A DNA stretch of 64,000 nucleotides from Asterias rubens (Eukaryota), in NCBI RefSeq assembly GCF_902459465.1, contig NC_047067.1:18228001-18292000 (forward strand). Reading direction: 5' to 3'. Below are positions 22,653 through 33,665 of the stretch, one piece after another; position 1 is the stretch's first letter; the number at the start of each line of letters is the position of its first letter. A program made the translations under genes and the position numbers. The notes under the pieces were generated by a model. The model searched no databases and was not told where the DNA came from. It saw only the letters and a program-made list of their open reading frames with translations.

Positions 22653-25247
22653 TTTTAGTGGGTAGGTATGTACCAAGGTCCAATTTCATAGAGCTGCTTA
22701 AGCAGAAAAAATGCTTGACAAATAATTACTGAAAAAAATTAAGAACGGATCCAGTCACAAATTGTGCAGATGATATGGAATTTTAGCTATAAACCTCTTT
22801 CTGCTAAGCAAAACAAATCTTGCACCGAGCTGTTTTTGTGTTTGAGAAGCTCCAAATAAATTTTCCCCAGTTGTACATCTTCATACAGATCTTTCAAGTA
22901 GTCTTGCACGTTGTTTTGTTTATGTAGGGAGCCCAAGTGCGCCCTCAGTGTTGAACTTCTAAAAAGTTTACTTTTGGGGATGTCACATGACATTCGTTCT
23001 CTTTTAACTGTTAATTACTCTACCTTTTGGGGCTTCGGCCATGACTTCATCCTCTTCAATAGGTATTGGTATCTGATCAATATCGCCTGTAAAATCAAAT
23101 ACGGGTGATTGATAATAAAATATTAAAGGAAAATGTATTTATAATTTAAATTTGTTTACATTTTTTATAATCAATTTAGTCAAAATGTTTTTGTAAGAAA
23201 TGAACCTTGCGAAAACGCAATGGTGTACGACCTCCTATAATCATTATTATTATTATTTTTTTCACTGTCATTTACTATACCTTGCGGGTCCTCGGCCATG
23301 ACTTCATCCTCTTCAACAGGTACATGTATTAGTATCTGATCAATATTGCCTGTAACAGGCATGATATTCGGTCCTTGGGAAAAAAAGTTGGAAAATGTTA
23401 TTGAGTACAAAGGCTGGCTCACATGTACATGCTGAAAATTCAAATATAGGTGAATGATTGTGTAATTTAAAAGAAAACAAATAATCATACTATACATACA
23501 CAAAATCTTGTCATACAACTTACTACTACATTTTTGAACTTACTTTCAATGTCGCCACTTATGCAGCTCATCAGCATGTCATTTATCGCAGTTTCAGCTG
23601 AAGGGCATATCATGATATCATCTATTGCAATGAGAAAAAAAACTCAATATTTCAAATAACAATTTTTTTTATTGTTTAGTTACTTTTAGTTTGATCATCC
23701 TTTACTTTTATAAAAAATAATAAAGACCACAGTTACTTACCAAATATTGTATCAGATTCATCTGATAAGCTTTGCATGTCAAAGTCCTGGTCCTCATATT
23801 GTGCTGCAGGTGCGTGGCTAGAAGATGGCAGTCCTGCGTTGGTGAAGGAGAAAGCTGGTGCAGACGGAAACAATTGTTTACGACATGATGCCTTTTTAGA
23901 TACAAGGCTGGTTGAAGCAGGCAAAAGGGGCAAGGCCGTCACTTCTGCATCTGTAACAGGCACATTGATGTCTAATACACTAGGCACATCAATGGCAAGC
24001 TTAAAGGCTTGGGGGACACACCTGGGTGAGGTTGAATCAGTCACGGTGGGTAATGCTGCTGCCTGTACATCACTAAGCACATCAGTTGCAGGTTTAAAGG
24101 CTGGGGGCACCCAAGTGGTCGAGGCAACTGTTTCTGCTGGAGTTGGTGAGGCCACTGTCGAGGGTAAACAAAAATATACAAACCTAATGTAAGGACAATA
24201 TTGTATGTAAAGCCAAGGCTAGTTTGATATAACCAGAAAATAGTTTTTAATTGAGATTTCCAAAGTTTTCTTACCTGTTTCCTCATCTGTGGGAACGAAT
24301 GATGATGGTGAATCGGTCACAGAAGGCAGTGCTGCTTCCTGCACATCACTGGGCACATCCATTGAAGGCTGAAAGACTGGGGTGACCCACATGGTTGAGG
24401 CAACTCTTTTAGACCTAGTCAAAGCAACTACGAGAGGTAATGCTCTTGCACATGACTCAGTTTGAGTTTTGGAAAGTTCAATACTACCAGTTGCAGGTAT
24501 GGCCTCATTCAGTGTAGCTGGAGCTGGTAAGGCTGCAATCGAGGGAAAAATCACATAGAGAATAACAACAAGAGAGCGCAAACAGGTTAAGAGAGTTGAG
24601 GTCTTGAGAAAGTGAATTTCTAAATACATTTGACGTTTTCTTACCTACTTGTCCTTGGTTCATTGTTTCAGTTGGGTGAGACATGTGCAGCAATGAACTT
24701 GCAGCTGATGATGGCACTTCACATGTTGGCTTGGTTCCTAGGAATAAAGTAAATAACATATTAATAGAAATTTAAGTTAAAAGTAGAGTAGTATGAAAAA
24801 GGAAGACAACAGCTTCCATAAACTGCTTCCACATCCTCAATAACTCTGATACAAGAAGTATTTTTTTACATGCCTCAATACTGAATTTTTGATCCACTTA
24901 AGGCATGTCTACTCAAAAATACTTTATTTACATTTCTAAATGTTAGTTTACCAACCTTTGCTAGTTGTAGGCACAGTAACCGTCATTGCTGCTGGGGCTG
25001 GTAAGGCAGCTGTTTAGGACAAAAACAATTAATAATAATAATAATTAAAGTGTTTTATATATGACAAAAACGTACATGTATGTAAAGCTGGTGATTTTTT
25101 GATGAAACCAGAAAACAAGATTACTTGGAATTTCCTGAGTTTGCTTACCTGCTTCCTCATCTGGGTTAGTAATTGCTGCAGTTGGATGAGGTGTGTGCAG
25201 CAATGCACATGCAGCTGATGATGGCACTTCACATTTTGGCTGGGTTG
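22653..25247 (-). CDS. Candidate upstream exons of the Sola1 gene (S/T/P/A-rich): 25149-25247, 24956-25009, 24645-24737, 24275-24532, 23741-24154, 23281-23349, plus a disrupted 22653-23086
   Basis: The first six each have AG/GT boundaries, a length divisible by 3 (99, 54, 93, 258, 414, 69 nt), phase 1-1 junctions and an open frame. The last is interrupted by a MITE and a probable 1-nt indel. Confidence 0.65.
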
Positions 25248-25792
25248 CTAGGAATGAAACAAAAAATCGAAAATAGATCCAGCCATGGTTTACAACTACA
25301 TGTAGACAATTATCTAAAAGGCAGGCATCAACATTTATTACTGTTTTCAATAAAGGCAAATGGTCTTCATGCACTTGGGGTGATAGTGTTGTCAAAAACA
25401 GCAACATGTAATTTATTGTGATTTTTGTTAATCCGTGTTAATGTTTGTTTATTATTAGTTATTGTTAGCCTTTTACCGTTCTGATGATGTTTTAAGAAAA
25501 AAAAATCGCTCATTCTAGTAAAAGCATTAGGGAGGTCTATGTACTACAAGTACATTTACAATAACATAGGCCTACGACCCAGTAACTGGGGCGCTGTACT
25601 TGTTTTTTTGAAATGTTAACATCTACGAAAAACGAGTACATCGCCACAGTTACTGGGTCTAGGCCTTTACATAACTTATTTTATCACTTATCAGTTCAAT
25701 TTTAAAACTTGTAATATTATAATCATGATAGAGGTGGGGATCAGTCTAACTCTAATCTTGACAACTTGTTTTTGACGTCTTTTGCCACTAGC

Positions 25793-26142
25793 TAGACCCA
25801 GTAACTGGGGCGCAGCTGTACTCCTTTTTTTTAAATTTTGGCATCATCGGTCGTATTAGCGCCCCAGGTTATTACTGTATGGTTCATACATGATCCTACT
25901 CTCAGCATGACCGATGGGTGCCCTGCCTCAACCGCGTAGTCGTAACGGTTGCGGCAGGGCACCCATCTAAAATTTTAGACCTGCCCTGCCTCGACAGTGA
26001 CGATTACGCGGTTTGAGGCAGGGCACCCATCAATCATGCTGAGAGTAGGAACATGTATGAACCATACATTAATAACCTGGGGCGCTAATACGACCGATGA
26101 TGCCAACATTTAAAAAAAAGGACGCCCCAGTTACTGGGTCTA
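25793..26142. mobile_element. Branched foldback MITE nested in Sola1 (TAGAC...GTCTA ends)
   Basis: Long inverted arms with an inner hairpin gatgggtgccctgcc...ggcagggcacccatc. Imperfect target duplication GCCACTAGC / GCCACT-GC. A short derivative lies at about 25575-25663. Confidence 0.75.
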
Positions 26143-26520
26143 GCCACTGCACTAGCTATTTTTTAACCATTACCATGACCATGTTATTCAATTTGCATTC
26201 GACTTCCAGTTTTTACAGCTGAAACATTTTTGGGAATATTTTGGGGTGTTAAACTTCAACGTGTATTGTAATTGTTAAAGCTTGTGATGATAATAACGAA
26301 CTAGGCCTAAAAAGAAAGTAAAACTTATTTTGTATGAACATTGATTTGATGAATATACGATAAGTGACCAAAAATACATGACCGGCAACCGTCGTGTTAG
26401 ACTGCGACGGCCAATGCATTTGATTTAGCATCAGTGATAAAACAGCATTATTGCTGAAATTATAAATATCAACCAGTAATATTCTACATACCTTTACGAT
26501 TTTTAAGCCGGGCCAATTTT

Positions 26521-26655
26521 AGGATAACTTTCCGTATGGCGCCACCACCTTTTCACTCATTTTTACAAAAAGGGATATCTCATTGAGGTTAATTAAATAC
26601 TATATTATTTAATATCGAATGAAAAAGTGGTGGCGCCATACGGAAACTTTTCCCA
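26521..26655. mobile_element. Small inverted-repeat MITE
   Basis: TTCCGTATGGCGCCACCAC...GTGGTGGCGCCATACGGAA. Confidence 0.7.
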
Positions 26656-29397
26656 ATTTTAACATCACAAGTCCTCTACTTGCCATTTTGTATTACAGCT
26701 ACTGCATGTCCAAGCAAACAACAAATTGCATGACAGCTAGCTAGCTGCAACCTCGTCCCCATGGTTTACTTTATTTCCAACCATGTTTACAATAGTCCTC
26801 GTACTGCTCGACACACCCTGGGGACGAGGTCGAGCTAGCTGTGTGTTGCCTTTAGTCTGCATGCCGCCTGCATGTACTTTCACTACATGTGCAGTCAGGG
26901 TATAAGTCAAAACTAAAATGATGGCGCCCTCTCTGTCAGGTTGTAAACAAGGCAAAAGGGCGTAACATCAGAATACACCCGCCGCCGGCTAGCAATTAAT
27001 AAACAGTCTTCAAGGCAAAAGTGTGTATCAAGAGATAAGTCTTGTTGACATAAAGCTGTTTACTATTGATCAATCTACCTTTTTGATGGTAAAACGGTGT
27101 ATGTAGAGATACGGCCCTCTGATAGAAAATAATAATTTGGGAGTAACAAACTTTAATATGGCAAAACGGTGTATCCGAGAGATACATCTTTCTGACGCAG
27201 AATTAGTCAGTGATAGCAACATACTCTTCACATAGCAGAAGAGTGTATCTATAAGATACGTCTCTCTGACATAAAACAAGTAGCTTGTAGTGCAATATTC
27301 TTTCAGGGCAAACATATTTAACACTAAGTTAGGCTGTTTTGCCTCAACATACTCATCTATAAGCGGGTGTTATCTATGAGATACACCGTTTTGCCAAAGA
27401 AATCGGAATGAAAATATGAAAAATATGTGAAGATAGCACATACTATCTTTAAAATGGTACATCGTACGGACTTGAGACTTCGTTCATTGGGAAAAGCGCC
27501 CTCACTTTCCCTAGAAATTGTATTTTCTCAAAAAGTTGAAAAATTGGGTTACACCCTTTTGCCAAAACAGGGCCGAGCTGTGGACGACGCTTTTGCGACG
27601 ACGGACGAGAGAGCATGCACTGTATGTATGTACGTTATGTATGCGTGTATGTGTATGGTATGGTGTATGCTGGTACTCAGTTATTTTTGCATTGGCTTAA
27701 CACAGCGACGTGAAGAGTACCAGTTATATAGTGAGTACAGTAGAGTAGAATCCTACTCGTACATGTACCATAGGAAATCTCTTCGCATATCTTGCACCAA
27801 TCGTGTTAAATTTACGTGTCCGTGTGAATGCTGCCCTCAAGCGGGGGTCAGAGATGCGGCGGGACACAACGAGATTCTCGACGTTCTTGATCCATGTGGT
27901 TCGCTGTTTTCTCAAAAGGCACTGTATTCAACTGAAACGAATTTTCTCGGGAATGCACACACCCAAGTTTTTGTTGATTTCCGAAAACGTCATTTGCTGT
28001 AAATTAAGATCCGATAAATGGAATTCTACATCATTTTAAGGCGAGGTTAGAGACTTGTATTTTGTCACCACCTTCATGAAGACTCTATCTATTGGGAAAT
28101 TAGTGCATCACGAAACTTCATTTTGGCCTTGGAGCCCCTCTTTGCAGACGATATGGCAACGTGGATATGCCATTTATATCAAAATAAATACCGCCATCAG
28201 ATAACCAAATTCCAGTTACAGATGAGAAGACATTTCATGTTGTTCATTATCAGTCTAATCTCTTAAGGTAAAGTATTAAATCGTACAATAGTTGCCGCGA
28301 GGCATGCCGTCTGCAAATAAAGCCAATATTGTGTCCTAAATGAACATTTCAACCAAAGGGGTGTTCACAAATTTGTGAGCAGCGAGGTGGGCTGGAATTA
28401 TGACGGAAGGCCAATAGAGGAGTTTCGGGGTACTTCCATTGTTGCTCTCTTAGTCCCCTTATGGGGTACCCTAGAATATAAAGAACATATTGTGGGGTAT
28501 TATTGTTCCATTGTTTAAAGTACCCCGTAAGTCGGCGTGTGAACGAGCACAGACACTCACATTAGTTTGTGTAAACAGCTGCAATCAGGGGACCTCACTC
28601 TTTTGTTTGTACTTCTTTTTAGCAACAGCTCCTTTTTTGGATGTGTACATACTTTCAACTGGGGACCCCATTGTCCGTTTAATTTATGTTCCCAGTTCAG
28701 GTGGTGTGATAATTCGTATGCTATTGACTTGCGGGCTCTGTAGTTTTATATTTTTTAAATTTATTTATTTATTTATTTATTTTTAGATAATAGAGCAACA
28801 TACCCCACAAGGGAATTCTTTAACCTGGACTCCACAATACATTGTTTTAGAAAAGGGCAAAATATAACATCAATAGCAGGACCCCAAACCTGACCCGTAA
28901 GGTTTTGTGTGTGTGGGGGGGGGGGGGGGGACTTTTGACCTATATTATGACGATTTAAATTAGCCTATTTGATTTTTGAAACATCTCTTTGTAGTCTCAG
29001 AATTCTCAAGCTGTACGTGGGCTTCCAAAATTCCCCATGGAGCATGCTGTATCGGCTTAATTATTTCAGTTTATCATTCTATGGCGACTTTCTTCAGGAG
29101 TCTGTCAAACGCTTCCTCTTCAAGTACTTTCTGACTCCTTGTCCTTCGTCTTAGATATCAAAGTCCATGCACAAACCCATCACCTGCTACTTGAGTAGAA
29201 CTCGTGCGTGACTAAAATGCTACAAAAGACAGGGGAAGTGTTCGGTAAGATCTATTGGAGAAACACGAAATTGTTTAAGCAATGGGCGGAAGTAATCGAA
29301 ATAAGGTGGATCAGAGAGATTTAGTGTCAAGTATTCGTCGACTGCTAATCGAAATCTTAGACAAAAAATCTCTGTCTACTAGTGGACATTAGCAAGG

Positions 29398-29648
29398 CAG
29401 GGAGATCAGTCATAATTACGTAAATATTTACGTTTTTGCCTAAATTTGAAAATATTCAGGTAAATATTTGAGATTGAGGTACATGAATAATTACGTAAAT
29501 ATTCACGGTTTGGGCCCCAACTCGCAAATATTTATACTAGTTATTCACAACTTGTTCCCAAAGTCGTGAATATTCACGTAAGTATTTACGTGAATATTCA
29601 CTTAAATTTTGCCCAATCGCAAAGTATTTACGTATCTTTGATGTCCCT
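29398..29648. repeat. Short element with repeated (T)ACGT(A/G)AATATT(C/T)ACG motifs and AGGGA.ATCA inverted ends
   Basis: Motif clusters at 29415-29431, 29489-29508 and 29565-29632; ends agggagatca / tgatgtccct. Confidence 0.45.
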
Positions 29649-31156
29649 TCATCAGGGCCACCATCGTGCCATTGATGATACAAGCGTGGAATTTGACACA
29701 CAGTCAGTGTCATGAGAAAGATATTTGGCTGATGGGTCATGATCGTTGAGTTGTCCTTAAACAAGGTGGGAGAAAACACAGGTCGGGATAACATGCAATT
29801 ACAACCCTAATTGATAGTTTGAAAATTGCTAATTAATTCTGTCAATGAACACAAATCTGCGATTGCCATACAGCCAAATCTCTATCTCCTTCATTAAAAA
29901 TGCCATGCTTGTAGAATCAAGGTTTAAAGGCACTGGACACCTTTAGTAATTGTCAAATACCAGTATTATCACTTGGTGTATCACAACGTATGCATACAAC
30001 AATATCTGTGAACATTTTTTTGACTCAGTTGGTCGTCGATGTTGCGAGGAAATAATGATGAAAGATAACACCCCTGTTGCACCAGTGCCTTTATAGGCAG
30101 AATTCCCCAAAATACATCACCCCAGCCAACTATTTGGTGATCTAAATAATCCAAAAATGTTCCTTCGCGGAGGCCTACACTACAGTTCTCAACTCACAAG
30201 GATAACCTAGATAACCCATGCTCTTTAAAAAGTAAGAAACAAAAACAAGAGGTATCCTTTGTAAAGCATTGTATTGACCTATTTGTTTCTAGCTGACTGT
30301 TAGTCGGCAAGTCAACTGTAAAATCGACCAACCCTGAATTACTCGCCCGTAATTGAGGATATTTATCATGACTATTCCCTTCCTAAAGTCTGTTTATTTT
30401 AACACTCTAAATTTCTCCTGAGTAGAGGTTTAATTCTGATTAATTGAAACGACCCCTATTATTTAAAAATAGCGCATTCCATCACGGTCGCTGAGTTTAT
30501 TTTGGTGTATTCGCTCCACTGGTTCCAGGTAGGTCAACGGCTATTCTATGTATTGATTTCTTTTTACAAAAGCATAAAGTTGATGTCATTGTGTGATTGA
30601 CTGAAATCAATAATAAGGGGGGAATAAAAGAGAGTGGTGACGAGATCTTGAATGGCCGATTAGACCTGACAAGGTCATGGCCGTGTGATAAAGGATCCGA
30701 AGGTGAAGGTTGGCCAAGACTCTGCCAGTTTGTAACGGCTGTTCTAGAAGGTCGAAGTCAATAGCCACAAAATAATAATTACACTATTATATTATTATTT
30801 GGTAATATTGTCAAAGACCAGTGTTCTCACTTGGTGCGAGAAAATGGTGAAAGAAAAACACCCTTGTTGGACGATTTTGTGTGCTTTCAGATAGGAATAA
30901 AAGACTTCTAGCTAGAAGTCTTTTATTATTACTGTGAGAAATTACCTCTTTCTCAAAAACTACGGTACTTCAGAGGGAGTCGTTTCCCACAATGTTTTAT
31001 ACTATCAACAGCTCTCCGTTGCTCGTTACCAAGCCAGTTTTAAAGTTAATACTTGTTTTGAGTGATTACCAATAATAATCTGTTTCTTTTTTTCTTTCTT
31101 TCTTATTTCCTCGGGGGGGGGGGGGGGGGGGTTAGGATACAACTAGGCCTAACTGA

Positions 31157-31203
31157 AATTGCCTTTGAGAAAGACTCTGCTATGGTCGAAACGTCAGGCC
31201 ATT
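31157..31203 (+). ncRNA. Candidate minimal hammerhead ribozyme, U3-A8 core variant
   Basis: GCCT-TTGAGAA-A-GAC(tctgctatg)GTC-GAAACGTC-AGGC gives stem I GCCT/AGGC (extendable by three pairs past one mismatch), stem II GAC/GTC, GAAA and a GUC cleavage triplet. Confidence 0.6.
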
Positions 31204-31231
31204 AACTATTTTATTTTGGTAACCGTATTAA

Positions 31232-31556
31232 AGACAATGGACACTATTAGTAATTGTAAAAGACCAGTCTTCTTACTTGGTGTATCTCAACATATGCATA
31301 AAATAACAGACCTGTGAAAATTTGAGCTCAATTGGTCGTCGATGAAAGAAAAAAACACCCTTCTCACACGAAATTGTGTGCTTTCAGGTGCTTGATTTTG
31401 AGACCTCGAATTTCTTCTTTCTCGATAACTACGTCACTTCAGAGGGAGCCGTTTCTCACAATGTTTTGTACTATCAACCTCTCCCTATAACTCGTTACCA
31501 AGTGAGGTTTTATGCCAATAATTATTTTGAGTAATTACCAATAGTGTCCACTGCCT
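31232..31556. mobile_element. TTAA-target MITE, Kolobok-like family copy
   Basis: Same TIR (GGACACTATTGGTAATT) and body as 36317-36696, in the opposite orientation. Confidence 0.8.
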
Positions 31557-32624
31557 CTAACTCTTTTTGTGTGTGAATTATACGAAAGATGTTTTACCGT
31601 AAAAATAATATATAAAAACTGCCAAAGCAACTCACTGTGTGTATTGGGCTCGGGAACCTCTTTTATAAAACCGTAAGTTCAATTTCGCAATTTGCTTACT
31701 GTATCAATGTGTCCTCAATTTTCTAAATGTTTTAGTTAGATCATGTTAGTTATTGGCAATGGAAGTATGCAATGATACTTCATCTTCCCAGTAACAAAAA
31801 TGTAAATAAATACTCTGTGTAGCCTAAATGTATACACCCCCCCCCCTTTATGAACATGTCCATTTGCGCGCATTTTATTACCCTTATTTGAAAAAGTCAG
31901 CCGCCAACACACGTCATGCAATAGCCGTCGAATCACCTTTCACGCATGGTTAAAGAACGTATGGGATCTCAGTACATGTACATTCATTTGAGTACGCAGA
32001 CTGAAGTGACGGTGGACGTGTGTCGCTGATTCGCATGCTTTTCGAGGAAGCTCAACGCTGGTTTTTTTTAAAAACGAAATCTACTGTAAATTGTCCTTGG
32101 TGAAATACGAAGGAAGGCTGGATGCAGTTATCTTGAAGAGGATTTTGTTTAACTCAATATCAACGTCAGTGGAGACTTGAAGGGCACATTCTGGCCGAGT
32201 CAAACTTGTTTGGCACTTTATGGTGTGCGAGGCTCGCCCAGCAACAATCACACGGTGTTCGTTGTTATTATTGTGCAGAACAGAAGCTGTGAACTTTTAT
32301 TGGGCTTTTATTTACGTCAGTATTTAACTGTTTAGTCAAGTACCTGATGACAGCGGATGTGCCAGCGATGCCATAAAACTCCCAATGGATTTATCTGTTT
32401 TATAGATTGATAAGCTGTCAATCAATCATCTCGCTATACCTATAACTGGAAAGGTTATTTATCTGTTAAAGCCTTCTTCATAAGATCGGTTGTTTAAAAT
32501 AAGGAAAAACTTAATGCAGAAAAAACACTGTCGGATTTTTTAGAAGACAAACCGTGACACCTCAAAATTCGGAATAGAATATATTAGTTTGGAGCCGGAA
32601 CCTGTGGACTTTCTGGTTGTCTCA

Positions 32625-32865
32625 ATGAAGACGCCGTCAATTGAAACCCCTACAAACTCGGACTCTATAACTGAGATCCGGATCGGTGAAGGAGGAGGTG
32701 GTTACTCCAGTGGGGAGATGAGGATTACCGGGCCGAGGGAATCGACCTGCAAGGGTACCCTGGTCGTCGAGTCGGCCCACGGTCACACACTCGGTCATGG
32801 TATCAATCAGGACGTTACGGACGCTAGGATCATGGTCCTGGGAGCAGAGAGCGTTGGCAAATCCG
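32625..32865 (+). CDS. Ras-like small GTPase (RERG/RASL11/RASL12-like), first coding exon
   Basis: ATG at 32625; N-terminal extension of about 65 aa, then ARIMVLGAESVGKS (G1/P-loop GxxxxGKS) and a strong phase-1 donor G|GTAAGC at 32866. GC-richer than its flanks. Downstream exons not recognised. Confidence 0.75.
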
Positions 32866-32974
32866 GTAAGCAAGTTTGTTTAGTTTTGTAAGCAAGTTTG
32901 CAATTGATTGATAGATTGTTTGTTTGATTTGGGTTTATTGCTATTTACATACAAGAATACAATCGAAATTACGC

Positions 32975-33665
32975 TGGATCTCGTGCTTAAAAAGACATTG
33001 AAATACTGGAAATATTGTAACAAAAATTAGGATTACATAATATAGACATGGTCCACCTTGGTTAATAGTTTCCGAGGATGAGTTTAATTTATAACAAATA
33101 ATTAAAATCCTTGGATTTCGTGCTTAAAAAGACATTAAAATACTGGAAATATTGTTAAAAATTAAGGAATTAAATATAAAAGACATGGTTCAACCTTGGT
33201 TAATAGTTTCCGAGGATGAGTTTGATTTATACAATATAATAAAAAATCCTTAGATCTCGTGCTTAAAAATATATTAAAATACTGGAAATAGTGTTAACAA
33301 TTAAGGAATACATATAAAAACATGGTTCAACCTTGGTTAATAGTTTCTGAGGATGAGTTTAATTTATACAAAATAATAAAAATTCTTGGATTTCGTGCTT
33401 AAAAAGACATTAAAATACTGGAAATATTGTTAAAAATTAAGGAATTACATATAAAAGACATGGTTCAACCTTGGTTAATAGTTTCCGAGGATGAGTTTAA
33501 TTTATACAAAATAATAAAAATCCTTTGGATCTCGTGCTTAAAAAAAGACATTAAAATACTGGAAATATATATTTTTTTTAAATGAGGAATACATAATATA
33601 AAGTACATAGTTCATCCTTGGTTAATAGTTTCTCAGGATGAGTTTAATTTATACAAATAATAAAA
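32975..33665. repeat. Minisatellite of about 138 bp, 5 copies, in GTPase intron 1
   Basis: Units start with ggat(c/t)tcgtgcttaaaa at about 32975, 33112, 33251, 33387 and 33526. Confidence 0.9.

Larger units (their letters stand above)
19893..27575 (-). mobile_element. Sola1 DNA transposon with both ends intact (7683 bp)
   Basis: Perfect 26-bp TIR CGGCCCTGTTTTGGCAAAAGGGTGTA at both ends, a 4-bp AGCT target duplication (19889-19892, 27576-27579), subterminal TIR-like repeats and an internal Sola1-type transposase. Confidence 0.92.

Noticed and set aside
27427-28002. 191-aa ORF
   Set aside because: It crosses the Sola1 terminal repeat and a (tgta) low-complexity tract, with no domain signal.
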